Of a stretch of DNA of 64,000 nucleotides, positions 39,166 through 48,472 are shown one piece after another. The translations under genes were made by a program, and so were the position numbers. Source of the stretch: Candidatus Obscuribacterales bacterium (GTDB lineage: Bacteria; Cyanobacteriota; Vampirovibrionia; Obscuribacterales; Obscuribacteraceae). The notes under the pieces were generated by a model that did no database searches, was not told the DNA's origin, and worked only from the letters and a program-made list of their open reading frames with translations. The stretch covers positions 352,001 to 416,000 of the forward strand of contig CBDDIJ010000005.1 in NCBI GenBank assembly GCA_965228855.1. The letters are read 5' to 3'. Numbering within the stretch: the stretch's first letter is position 1; every line of letters begins with the position of its first letter.

Positions 39166-39255
39166 ATGTTTCACCAAGCTCTTAGCTGTGAAGACCGCTG
39201 CGATGGAGACTTTCGTAACTGTTACATACCGTTTTCGTTGTAAAAACGGTTTTCC

Positions 39256-39447
39256 TTATGCGCAGAAACTGGGGAAAAGAACCAACAGGTTGTCGCGTTT
39301 TGCATGTTTGACGACGTTGCTGTCATTTTTGTTGTTGAGCTTATTCATGAGACTGTAGTCTACATTGCTTGCTTCGACTTGAGCAGTTTGTTTGCTAAAC
39401 AGGTCGATTACATTGTTCTTCCTGCTGTTGATTTGACGTGTATTCAT
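39256..39447 (-). CDS. Asn-rich small protein (63 aa)
   Basis: GAGGG SD before ATG 39447, extended -10 (TGgTATATT) upstream, hairpin ccgttt...aaacgg just downstream. Confidence 0.6.
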   Translation of the reverse strand: MNTRQINSRKNNVIDLFSKQTAQVEASNVDYSLMNKLNNKNDSNVVKHAKRDNLLVLFPSFCA

Positions 39448-39476
39448 TGGATTGACCCTCGGTTGAATTGCTTCAT

Positions 39477-39900
39477 GTAGACAATATACCACACACAAAT
39501 GAAGTGAAGTCTACTTTTTTGATGATTTTGTATTAAATATCCTACGATTCGTTTGACTTTCAAACTTACCCCAATCCAGCTCAAACCAAAACAGGCAACC
39601 GTATACGAATTTGAGAGGAGGCTGCGATGTAGTTTTTCTTCTACACCACTAAAGTAGATTACCGTCTACAAGAAAGCTCACAGAAAGACAAGAGGGTGAT
39701 TGTAGACGACAGACTACGTTTCTAGAGTCGACTGCGGGGCGGTACGGCGGGAGTAGACTCCAAACTACAAAACTGTTTCCTTATATAGGTACGCGAAAAA
39801 CGCTCTCGCACGAAATCAATGAAATATATAACGATATCGAGTTACCACTGCACCAGACCGAAGGTGTTGAGCTAAAGAAGCTGTAGATTCGAAACTACAG
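39477..39900. promoter_or_regulatory. Cluster of GTAG-N8-CTAC palindromic sites (putative operator array)
   Basis: Perfect sites at 39629, 39654, 39702, 39753 and 39883; one-mismatch site at 39477. Confidence 0.75.
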
Positions 39901-39947
39901 GAAACCCAATTACTCACAAGACACTATTTAAAAGCAGGTGGAGAAAG

Positions 39948-40337
39948 ATGGATAAGGATTTTGTTTCAACGAGCACGGATAAAGAGGTTTATGTTAACCG
40001 GGTTGAAACGAGACAGCCTGATGATTCCGGAACCGGCTGGGCAGTCGCACTGATCGTGTTGATTCTCGCCATAGGCTTCGGCTTTGTGGCATTCTCGAAC
40101 AACCAGGCGATGAACGAGATCAAAACTTCGCAGACGCTAGAGCAGATGCGCCGCGACAACCAAGCATTGAGCACGAATGCTCCCGCGGTCGTGCCGCCAG
40201 TAGCCGCTCCGACGACCAACAATGTGGAAGTGAAAGTACCGGAAGTGAAAGCTCCGGAAGCTCCGGCTCAAGTCGACGTCAACGTTGCGCCGCCGGAACC
40301 GGCTGCTGACCCGGCAATGGAACAGCCGACCGAGTAG
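39948..40337 (+). CDS. Small single-pass membrane protein with Pro/Ala/Val-rich tail
   Basis: GGTGGAG SD, one TM (WAVALIVLILAIGFGFVAF). Confidence 0.8.
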   Translation: MDKDFVSTSTDKEVYVNRVETRQPDDSGTGWAVALIVLILAIGFGFVAFSNNQAMNEIKTSQTLEQMRRDNQALSTNAPAVVPPVAAPTTNNVEVKVPEVKAPEAPAQVDVNVAPPEPAADPAMEQPTE

Positions 40338-40370
40338 CCCATATAACTAATGACATAACTGTCAATCAAG

Positions 40371-40406
40371 AGAAAGAGGGGATTCACCCCTCTTTCTTAT
40401 TTTTTG
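40371..40406 (+). terminator. Intrinsic terminator overlapping the rnhB 3' end
   Basis: agaaagagggg-attca-cccctctttct followed by tatttttt. Confidence 0.75.
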
Positions 40407-41421
40407 ATTTTCCAGTTTGTTTACTCGACACAGACTTGGTGCCGGTCTTACCTGACTTTTTCGGACCCTGCGCGCTCTTCAACTTAGTCTTACCGGCTTT
40501 GTCTTTTGAGAGTTTTTTCCCTCCACCCCGCTTGGGAGCTGGGTTCGCACCGACCAGTTCACGCTCTTCTTTTCCGGCTACTTCTTCAGTGTCGCCATCT
40601 TCTTCAGGCAAACATCTGAAGGAGCGACGATGCCAGATGGTCATTCCGTGTTCTTGAATGGCGAGGCGATGGACTTCGGAGGGATAGCCTTTGTTTGAAA
40701 GCCAGTTGTAGTGGGGAAAGTCATCGGCGAGTTTACACATCAAAGCGTCACGATGAACTTTGGCGACCACAGATGCGGCTGCGATAGCTGCTGAATGGCT
40801 ATCACCTTTAATCACGGGTAATTGATTGCACTCGATGTCAGCCATCTTCCACTTTCCGTCTATTAGGATGAGGCATTCTTTAAGGTCGAGCATCGCCTGT
40901 GATACCAGTTGCATGACCGCTCGTTTCATCGCCAGCAAGCTCGCGTGCAAAATATTGATTTCATCTATTTCTTCCGGAGACGCCTCGGCAATGGCAAAAC
41001 TTGCGCACCCCCGGATGGTTTGAGATAACTCCTCACGAACTGCGACGGGAAGTTTTTTAGAGTCATCCAGCGCAGCCAGACGTTCTGCCAGGTGCGAATT
41101 TCGATCGAACCAGGGAAGGAGCACGGCTGCAGCAACAACCGGTCCGGCAAGGCAACCGCGTCCAACTTCATCGACGCCAATCACCAGGCGTCTAGTTTCC
41201 GAAAACAGTCTGAGCTGACCAAACGTCTCATTGGTCACGCGAGCCGGTTTGCGAAACACAGTAAGATCTGTGCTTCCCATCACGAATTCGTCAAATCGAT
41301 CACAGTCAAACGCGAGGCGCTCAGCAAGCTGATCGAGCGGATTGATCGGCTCTACAGCGTTCTTCTTTCCGGCCGGTTTGCCTTTGGTCGCAGATTTAGC
41401 GCTGGTTCTCGCCATTCGCAC
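40384..41421 (-). CDS. rnhB: Ribonuclease HII with basic terminal extensions
   Basis: GVDEVGRGCLAGPV, DSKKL, IDG, KGD..S.AIAAAS..AKV.RD, KGY. Confidence 0.96.
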   Translation of the reverse strand: MRMARTSAKSATKGKPAGKKNAVEPINPLDQLAERLAFDCDRFDEFVMGSTDLTVFRKPARVTNETFGQLRLFSETRRLVIGVDEVGRGCLAGPVVAAAVLLPWFDRNSHLAERLAALDDSKKLPVAVREELSQTIRGCASFAIAEASPEEIDEINILHASLLAMKRAVMQLVSQAMLDLKECLILIDGKWKMADIECNQLPVIKGDSHSAAIAAASVVAKVHRDALMCKLADDFPHYNWLSNKGYPSEVHRLAIQEHGMTIWHRRSFRCLPEEDGDTEEVAGKEERELVGANPAPKRGGGKKLSKDKAGKTKLKSAQGPKKSGKTGTKSVSSKQTGKSKNKKEG

Positions 41422-41453
41422 TCCGAGGTCACGGTGCTTTTCCAGCTTCTATT

Positions 41454-42407
41454 TTAGGGATCGAGCGTAAATCTTCCCACTCTTCCGTCTCTAACCTCGG
41501 TGAGCAACAAGGCTGCAGCCCTGTTTATATCAGGCATTGCGCCAGAGGTTAGAAGATTTCTAGCCGCTGCGATGTCCGAAAGCCCCTTGCCGTCAGCAGA
41601 TAGTCCTTGTATATACGATTCAAGCATTCCTGGATATCGTGCTCGAAACTCAAGAATGGCTTGCTCAGCAGTTTCCAAACGATCGTAGGTAGAGTCGGGC
41701 ACCAGATTGCAAATCGCCAGCTTGTCCTTGACGTGCTTTGGATATGCAGTCGGCGGCAGAATCCCAGGCGTGTCGAGCAACTCCAGCTTTGGATGCACCC
41801 GCACCCACTGCGTCCCGCGTGTAACTCCCGGCTTATTGCCTGTTTTTGTCCGATTTTGGCCGATAAGCCAATTGATCAACGACGACTTTCCAACGTTTGG
41901 CAATCCGACCACACAGACTCGCATCGGCCGGGGCAGAAGGCCTTTCTTCATGAGCGCCTCGAGCTTCTCGCGAGTCGCCTCGATGCAGGCGTTCATGATC
42001 TTGTCTTTGCCGGCGCTCGTTTTCAGCGAGACCAAAATACCCGGATAACCGGTTTCCGCGTTGAGCTCGTCTATCAATCTTCGCGTCTCATCAACGTCGC
42101 AGAGATCGGATTTTGAAAAAACAAACAGTCGCGGTTTCCGCCCAAAAATCTCATCGGCTTTTGGGTGGCGCGTTGAAAGAGGGACGCGCGCATCCATAAC
42201 TTCGATGACCAGATCAACCCACTTGATCAACTCCGTGATGTGCTGAAACGGCGTAGAAGCTGAACCAGACTTACGCTTCTGCGGTTTCTTCTTTATGGGT
42301 TTATCGTTTTTACTCGAATCGGATTTTCCGCCGGCACTATCCGACGGCTTATTGGAGGCCGATGGACGGTTGTCCGGACGACGCCTGTTGGGGCGTTTTG
42401 GCGGCAT
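41454..42407 (-). CDS. ylqF: Ribosome biogenesis GTPase YlqF/RbgA
   Basis: DARVP, KSDL, GLPNVGKSS, PGVTR, DTPG (circularly permuted GTPase). Confidence 0.95.
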   Translation of the reverse strand: MPPKRPNRRRPDNRPSASNKPSDSAGGKSDSSKNDKPIKKKPQKRKSGSASTPFQHITELIKWVDLVIEVMDARVPLSTRHPKADEIFGRKPRLFVFSKSDLCDVDETRRLIDELNAETGYPGILVSLKTSAGKDKIMNACIEATREKLEALMKKGLLPRPMRVCVVGLPNVGKSSLINWLIGQNRTKTGNKPGVTRGTQWVRVHPKLELLDTPGILPPTAYPKHVKDKLAICNLVPDSTYDRLETAEQAILEFRARYPGMLESYIQGLSADGKGLSDIAAARNLLTSGAMPDINRAAALLLTEVRDGRVGRFTLDP

Positions 42408-42410
42408 AGA

Positions 42411-42824
42411 TTAGGAGTTTTCTTCCTTCTTCTCAGCAGCTGGAGCGGCTTTGGCAGCGGCTTCAGTCTCACGCTTCACGCCGGTCTTTTCTTTGATTCT
42501 CGTAGCCTTACCGGTTCTTTCGCGCAGGTAATAGAGCTTGGCGCGGCGAACGTGACCACGACGCTGCACTTTGATCTTCTCAATGCGGGGAGAGTTGACC
42601 GGGAAAACACGCTCGATACCGATGCCTTGAAATACGCGGCGAACGGTGATGGTTTTGCCGACGCCACTGCCACGACGCTTGATGATGACGCCTTCGTAGC
42701 CCTGGGTACGCTCTTTACCGCCCTCGATGATCTTTACGAAAACCTTGACCGTATCGCCCACGTTGAGCTCGGGGAGGTCTTGTTTGATGTAGGGGGATTC
42801 AATGTCTTGAATTATCTGGTTCAT
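42411..42824 (-). CDS. rplS: 50S ribosomal protein L19
   Basis: [30 protein letters not shown]. Confidence 0.98.
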   Translation of the reverse strand: MNQIIQDIESPYIKQDLPELNVGDTVKVFVKIIEGGKERTQGYEGVIIKRRGSGVGKTITVRRVFQGIGIERVFPVNSPRIEKIKVQRRGHVRRAKLYYLRERTGKATRIKEKTGVKRETEAAAKAAPAAEKKEENS

Positions 42825-43158
42825 GGCTTCCTACCAGTGTTTGGTTTGAAATATATGAAAAGTAGCCCAAAATTCTATCATCTGAGCCCCGCCCCTGGCG
42901 CGTTCGCGGGACAAGCCTATTCATCTAGCTTCATAAATTGTCGCTCAGATCAGGTTCTTCAGCCACTTTGATACCGCGACAAGCGGACGGGCACGGCAAT
43001 TTGTGAAATGCCCACATTTGAACTCGAAAGCGCAAATGTTGCGAAACGTACTTCTTTAGATCGATCGCCCACAGCGAATCTCGGGAGATTGACAACCAAA
43101 TGGTTAGGGACGTTTCATAAGCAGAATTTCTGGAAGCCGAGCGCGGAAACGCCGCCGT

Positions 43159-43659
43159 TTACTCCTTCGTGCCACTAACCATGGTGGCATGACTACCTTC
43201 GAGAACCGTTTGCGCATCCTTGAGCGTGTTTAGCTCTGAAACGAAGTCCTCGATCGAACGAAACTGTCTGTAAACGGAAGCGAAACGCACATATGCGACT
43301 TCATCAAGGCTGCGTAAACGGGTCAGCGAAAGCTCTCCAAGCAATGTAGCCGGAACTTCTTTCTTGCCTAAAACAGCAAGCTCGTTCTCAACGGAATCTA
43401 CAAGGTCATCAATTTGCTCGGCTGTCACCATGGTTTTCGCACACGCGCGTCGCACACCACCGAGTAATTTTTCCCTCGTATAGGGCTCTCGGCTACCCGA
43501 GCGCTTCACAACCAATACTTGCATTACCTCGAGTCGCTCATACGTAGTAAAGCGCTTGTTGCACGCTTCACACTCTCGCCGCCGCCTGACCGAATTTTCA
43601 CCGGTCAAACGCGACTCCAGGACGCGACTGTCTTTCTTATTGCAAAATGGACAGAACAT
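43159..43659 (-). CDS. nrdR: Transcriptional repressor NrdR
   Basis: MFCPFC, RRRREC..C.KRFTTYER, ATP-cone, DEVAYVRFASVY. Confidence 0.97.
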   Translation of the reverse strand: MFCPFCNKKDSRVLESRLTGENSVRRRRECEACNKRFTTYERLEVMQVLVVKRSGSREPYTREKLLGGVRRACAKTMVTAEQIDDLVDSVENELAVLGKKEVPATLLGELSLTRLRSLDEVAYVRFASVYRQFRSIEDFVSELNTLKDAQTVLEGSHATMVSGTKE

Positions 43660-43776
43660 ACGAGCATTATAGACCGAACCAATTACCGCACACCCAGCCG
43701 GCAAAGACCTGTAACGAGTCTTTATGCGCGCCTCGGCCACTTCAAGATTGACGCCGGAATTGCCATAATTAGAGAT

Positions 43777-44457
43777 ATGGCAAAACGTCCCAACCACTAC
43801 GATGTCCTAGGCGTAAAGCATGATGTCACCCAGGGTGACCTCAAAAAGGCTTTTCGCCAGTTGGTCAAAAAATTTCATCCGGACCTTGAATACAGCAAGC
43901 AAAATGCCAGCGAGCGTGTTCAGGCGAAAGAGCTGATGCAAAAGATCAATCAGGCATACGAGACACTGGTTGATAAGAAGAAACGCGAAGCCTACGATTA
44001 CAAGATCGGCTTGCGAAGCGAGTCTTTAAAGCGGGTCCGCCACCAGGTTCATCAAGCCAAGAATGAAGAGCATTTGCGCGAAGTGTTTCTCGGCAAGGTT
44101 TTCCATCCTAATCGCCGCGCTATTGTTAAGGTTTTGAACCAATATAAAAGCAAACTTTCGCAATTGGAGCAGGACATTTATGACGACGAGCTGCTCGAGC
44201 AATTCAGCGTCTACGTGGACTCAATCGAGAAAACACTTCGCACGGCTTCTAACGAGTTCACGGCTTCACCGGCGCCTGACACATTGGAAGGCTCGGTGCG
44301 CTGGATGCGCCATTCGATAGCGCAAGCCGCCGACGGTCTAGAGGAACTGCATACTTTCTGTAAAAACTTCGACTACGATCATCTCAGCATGGCTGGGAAT
44401 TTGTTTAAAATCGCGCTGGAGCATGCCGCTCGCGCGCAGCAGCTAACCAAGCTTTGA
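43777..44457 (+). CDS. J-domain protein with cyanobacterial-type helical C-terminus
   Basis: HYDVLGV, KFHPD, INQAYETL; tail YDDELLEQF...DGLEEL..F..NFD..HL..A..LFKIA. Confidence 0.88.
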   Translation: MAKRPNHYDVLGVKHDVTQGDLKKAFRQLVKKFHPDLEYSKQNASERVQAKELMQKINQAYETLVDKKKREAYDYKIGLRSESLKRVRHQVHQAKNEEHLREVFLGKVFHPNRRAIVKVLNQYKSKLSQLEQDIYDDELLEQFSVYVDSIEKTLRTASNEFTASPAPDTLEGSVRWMRHSIAQAADGLEELHTFCKNFDYDHLSMAGNLFKIALEHAARAQQLTKL

Positions 44458-44463
44458 TGAGCT

Positions 44464-45720
44464 TCAAGCGCTGAAACCGTTGTTGAGCAACCGGCGAATT
44501 TCGACAGCACGAACTTGGCACAAATCCGCTTCGGAGTCGTTTCCAACCGAAGAATGCAATGCCGCAAGACTATCAAGAACACACGCCAGCTCCGGATGTG
44601 ATTCGAACTTCTCGCTCAATATCTTTAGAGCCTTGTTCAAAAGCTCCTCTGCTTTAGCCGCGTTTCGCAGCTCCAACTCCAGTTCTCCCTGGGCTCGATA
44701 AAGCTCGGCGACCTCTGGATGCTGCTCTCCAAGAAAGTCTAGTTTGAGCTTGCCGGCGTCGGCGAGATATCGTTTTGCATCGTAAAAGTTTTTCTGCTCA
44801 AGGTACAGATAACCAAACGCCTGGTAAGAACAAGCGATCGCGATATGCGTGCGAGGAAAGATTTGCTGCCTGATTCGCAACGCTCGCTCGAGAAGAACCC
44901 GCGCCTCATCAAGCCGGCCCGTTCTAACGTAGAGCTCACCCAGCGCATTCAGATTGTCGGCAAGCACATCTGTGTCTTCTTCAACACGCTCTTCAAGCAG
45001 CTTAATCGCCTGCTCAAACTGTGCTTCGGCCTGCACAAATTTCGATTCCTTCAAGAAGAGACTTCCTAAACCGAATCGATCGAGAGCGAGAACTAAAACG
45101 ATTTGGAACTCTTCGTCGGGATCATCATCGTCGTCAAGGTTCTCCAATTTGACTGCCGTCGCGGCTATGGATCGTTTGAAACACGCCTCAGCCTGATTGA
45201 ACTTGCCGATGCAAAGTAGAGCGCCGGCATGCTGACCAACAACGATCTGGGTGAGATTGTGCTCCCAACCGAGGGCAGCTTGCGCCTTGTCCACAGCCAA
45301 TTCGAATCGAGCGCATGCTTCTTGAAACCGATTGAGTCTCATGAGAGCGTGGCCCTCGTTCATCAAATTTAGCACTACCAGTGGTGACTCATGGATGCCG
45401 AAAAGATGTATCAACGGCGTGATCGATTCGTCTACGGCAATTCCCAGCCTAGCGACTTTTAGCGCCATCTCGTGACCGCCGAAATTGCTCAAAATGGTGG
45501 ACAGGTCAACGAAAAAGTAGGACATTGCAAATGGTCCAAGGACCGCCCAGACAAGAACAACAGGAACAAGAACCATTCTAAACGCCGGCTCGGCGACGGC
45601 GAACCCGAGCGAAAAACAAGCGCCCATCAGAATCCAAAAACAAAATGCAATAACACCAAGCGAAGGAGCCCCCAGCGTCGTCGAGGCTTTTGAAATTTGA
45701 TGTCCTTCACGCTCTTGCAT
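44464..45720 (-). CDS. Membrane-anchored TPR protein (kinesin-light-chain-like repeats)
   Basis: Two N-terminal TM helices; repeats such as LNALGELY...GRLDEARVLLERALRIRQQ. Confidence 0.88.
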   Translation of the reverse strand: MQEREGHQISKASTTLGAPSLGVIAFCFWILMGACFSLGFAVAEPAFRMVLVPVVLVWAVLGPFAMSYFFVDLSTILSNFGGHEMALKVARLGIAVDESITPLIHLFGIHESPLVVLNLMNEGHALMRLNRFQEACARFELAVDKAQAALGWEHNLTQIVVGQHAGALLCIGKFNQAEACFKRSIAATAVKLENLDDDDDPDEEFQIVLVLALDRFGLGSLFLKESKFVQAEAQFEQAIKLLEERVEEDTDVLADNLNALGELYVRTGRLDEARVLLERALRIRQQIFPRTHIAIACSYQAFGYLYLEQKNFYDAKRYLADAGKLKLDFLGEQHPEVAELYRAQGELELELRNAAKAEELLNKALKILSEKFESHPELACVLDSLAALHSSVGNDSEADLCQVRAVEIRRLLNNGFSA

Positions 45721-45810
45721 TAATGTCCTTGGAAATCTGTTGTAACTTCAGATGCTGCCTGCAATAGACAACTTTCGATTAAGGTTTCCAGTTCGATCAA
45801 ATACAACAAA

Positions 45811-47196
45811 CTATTCTTTGACAGTCCCGACCAAGTCCTTCTTGGCACCACTGTCGGTGGCATCACCTTCGCGGTCAATAGCCGTACCGATCAGATCATA
45901 CGGTTTCGCTTGATCGACGAGCACACGAGCGATTTCAGCCATCTCGACCAGATTCTCGTCGGTATCCTTAACGTACACGAGATTATCGACTTCCGGTGCA
46001 TCCCACTGCGAACGACCGATGTAGACGTTCTTGCGTTCGTCATAACGCTCGATCAGCACGTCAATCTCTTTACCGACCATGGCTTCGTTAAGCTCAGTCG
46101 AAATGCGGTGCTGCAGTTTCATAATCTTGCTGCGGCGAGCCTTTTTGACTTTCTCCGGAACCTGATCAGGCATATGTCCGCTGGGCACTTCAGTCTGCTT
46201 CGAGTACGTAAACACACCGAGCCGGTCGAAACGATACTTCTCTACGAATTGCATGAGGTGTTCGAAGTGCTCTTCTGTTTCACCTGGAAAACCGACGATG
46301 AAGGTGGATCGTACTTTTGCAGTTGGAACAAGTTTGCGCACGCGATCCATGACTTTCTCCGGATGCAGCGGACGCTTCATGCCTTTCAGAACTTCAGGAT
46401 GGCTGTGCTGAAGCGGGATATCGACATATTTAACGACTTTGTCCAGGCGATTGATCGCTTCCAGAATTTCGTCGGTAGTCTCAGTCGGATAGAAATACAT
46501 CACGCGAATCCAGGCCAGGTCCTCAATTTCGTTGAGCGCTTCCAGCAGCTCCGCAAGTGCAAGTTTTCCATACAAGTCTAAACCGTAGTAGGTCGAATCC
46601 TGGGAAACGAGTATAATCTCGCGTACTCCGGACTTCACAAGAATACGAGCTTCTTTGACGAGCGATTCGATCGAGCGCGAGCGAAATTTTCCGCGCAACA
46701 TCGGAATGATGCAGAAGCTGCAGGTATGATCGCAACCTTCAGCGATCTTCAGATAGGCTGAGGCTCCAACTCCGGTCAGCATACGGGGAAGCACTTCATC
46801 ACTGTAATCATTCGGAATTTCGCTCACTTCAACGACACGCAACTGCGAATCTTGAGCGACCGACGATATCACGTCGACAATCTTGTGGATGTCTCCGGTT
46901 CCAACTACCGCTCGCGCCTCGGGAATCTCGTTGAGCAGCTCTTCTTTGAAGTGCTGTGCCAGGCAACCGGCGATAATCAGTTCCTTGCCCTGATCGGCCA
47001 ATTCAACCAGAGTGCGCACCGATTCTTTGCGCGCATCGCCGATGAACGAACAAGTGTTGACGAGACACATCTCAGCTTCGTCACTGTCAAATGTGACCTG
47101 AAAACCGGCTTCGTTCAGTAAGCCCAACATTACTTCGGTATCAGTCGCGTTCTTCGGACAACCGAGAGTGACAACTCCGACCTTAGGGTTACGCAT
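45811..47196 (-). CDS. rimO: Ribosomal protein S12 methylthiotransferase RimO
   Basis: LGCPKN, NTCSFI, GCL, CDHTCSFC, IPLQH, TRAM with DAPEVD. AAGGAG upstream of ATG 47196. Confidence 0.95.
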   Translation of the reverse strand: MRNPKVGVVTLGCPKNATDTEVMLGLLNEAGFQVTFDSDEAEMCLVNTCSFIGDARKESVRTLVELADQGKELIIAGCLAQHFKEELLNEIPEARAVVGTGDIHKIVDVISSVAQDSQLRVVEVSEIPNDYSDEVLPRMLTGVGASAYLKIAEGCDHTCSFCIIPMLRGKFRSRSIESLVKEARILVKSGVREIILVSQDSTYYGLDLYGKLALAELLEALNEIEDLAWIRVMYFYPTETTDEILEAINRLDKVVKYVDIPLQHSHPEVLKGMKRPLHPEKVMDRVRKLVPTAKVRSTFIVGFPGETEEHFEHLMQFVEKYRFDRLGVFTYSKQTEVPSGHMPDQVPEKVKKARRSKIMKLQHRISTELNEAMVGKEIDVLIERYDERKNVYIGRSQWDAPEVDNLVYVKDTDENLVEMAEIARVLVDQAKPYDLIGTAIDREGDATDSGAKKDLVGTVKE

Positions 47197-47350
47197 GGCT
47201 GGATAAGCTCCTTGATGTGCCTCGGAATGAGCAACCGCACTGGTTACTCGAAGACGAGTCAAGCCCTGAGGGCTTCTCTCTGGTGAGTCGAAAGAAACAC
47301 CTGCCTCTTTCGAAAGAGGCTTCAAGAGTTAGACGCGGTTAACACTGCTG

Positions 47351-48472
47351 TTACTCGCTGTCAAGACGTCCCTCAGTATAGCGGTAAGGTACACCTATAG
47401 ATCTAGATCCACCTACGGATTCGCCTGGAATGTAACGCGACGGTGCATCTTCGAGGCGTCTGGCGGACGGCGCCGGCTTTGGCTTACGCACGACTGGAGC
47501 CTTCGGTTTCTTGATTGTAGTTGTGGAAATCGGCTTAACAACAGAGCCATCGCTCGAGATAGAGGTGAGGTCACCGGTATCAGCAGTGGTCGGAGAACCA
47601 CCGTTTGCAGCCATGAAGACCCGGTCAACGCGCTGTCCAGCCGGTCCAAATGTTTCATGCTTGCCTTGATAGGAAACATTTACGCTAGCACCGTTGCCGG
47701 TTCTCACCTTCAATCCGGAGTTGTCCTGGAAATCACGACGATCGCCTGCTTCAAGGAAGCCGGTGAACAGAGATTCTCCAGTCGCGACTGATTTGACCTC
47801 CACCCAGACATGCTGGCTGGCTTGCAACGATATGCGGCAGTCCTTGTCGGTTGACGCAGGAGTTCCAGCAGTAGGAGTCGCGCTTGTAGTCGGGGTCGGT
47901 GGCGTCGAAGGTTGAACGGAGTTGAACCGAGAAGATGACTCCTTCAGCGACGCTAGTATCGGGTCGTGCTGGTTCATGTAAATTGAATTCTGATACATCA
48001 TCACGTAACCCATGCCGACCAGCACGAGAACGATTAAAACTGCAGGCCAGAAGAAGGTCTTCATCAGCCCCGGACGCGGAGGCTCCATGATATTGACTTT
48101 GCTCAGAGACGGAGTAATGACGGGCTGCGACTGAACGGCCACGCTCTTGCTCTTCTGTCCGCCGAGAGCGCCGAATATGCCCCGACCGTTGTCGTGCGCA
48201 TCTTCGATATATTGCTTGTATTCTTCGGAGAGGCTGCGACCGTTAAGACCTAACAAATCGGCATAACGCTTGATGAAACCGGCCACATAAACCGGCTCCG
48301 GTAGTTGCTCGGCATCGCCGGTCTCGATAGCTTCGAGATTGCTCGTTGGAATTTTTGTTTTATCGTAAATTTGCCCGAGGGTTAAACCCCTGCTCTCACG
48401 GGCGTTCTTCAGCTTTTGACCGATCTGCTCTAGGCTGGACACCCCGGCTACTCCTATAAATGGCAACACCAC
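47351..48472 (-). CDS. RodZ-like protein (HTH + TM + DUF4115)
   Basis: G..LK.ARE..GL.L, LPEPVY..GFIKRYA..LGL, TM, WVEV...GNG. Confidence 0.88.
   Translation of the reverse strand: MVLPFIGVAGVSSLEQIGQKLKNARESRGLTLGQIYDKTKIPTSNLEAIETGDAEQLPEPVYVAGFIKRYADLLGLNGRSLSEEYKQYIEDAHDNGRGIFGALGGQKSKSVAVQSQPVITPSLSKVNIMEPPRPGLMKTFFWPAVLIVLVLVGMGYVMMYQNSIYMNQHDPILASLKESSSRFNSVQPSTPPTPTTSATPTAGTPASTDKDCRISLQASQHVWVEVKSVATGESLFTGFLEAGDRRDFQDNSGLKVRTGNGASVNVSYQGKHETFGPAGQRVDRVFMAANGGSPTTADTGDLTSISSDGSVVKPISTTTIKKPKAPVVRKPKPAPSARRLEDAPSRYIPGESVGGSRSIGVPYRYTEGRLDSE

Noticed and set aside
39721..39735. tctagagtcgactgc resembling a pUC polylinker
   Set aside because: Only a short partial match with no other vector sequence, so most likely chance.
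39477..39900. Palindrome cluster as a CRISPR array
   Set aside because: Units are 16-bp gapped palindromes with variable cores and irregular spacing, there are no identical direct repeats, and no cas genes are present.
43519..43797. Overlapping N-terminal extensions of nrdR and the J-domain gene
   Set aside because: Conserved domains begin at 43659 and 43777, each preceded by a -10 box.
45910..46581. 223-aa plus-strand ORF, and similar antisense or off-frame ORFs at 9398-10108, 24152-24739, 41607-42116 and 51547-52095
   Set aside because: They lie wholly or almost wholly within well-supported genes and are explained by codon bias.
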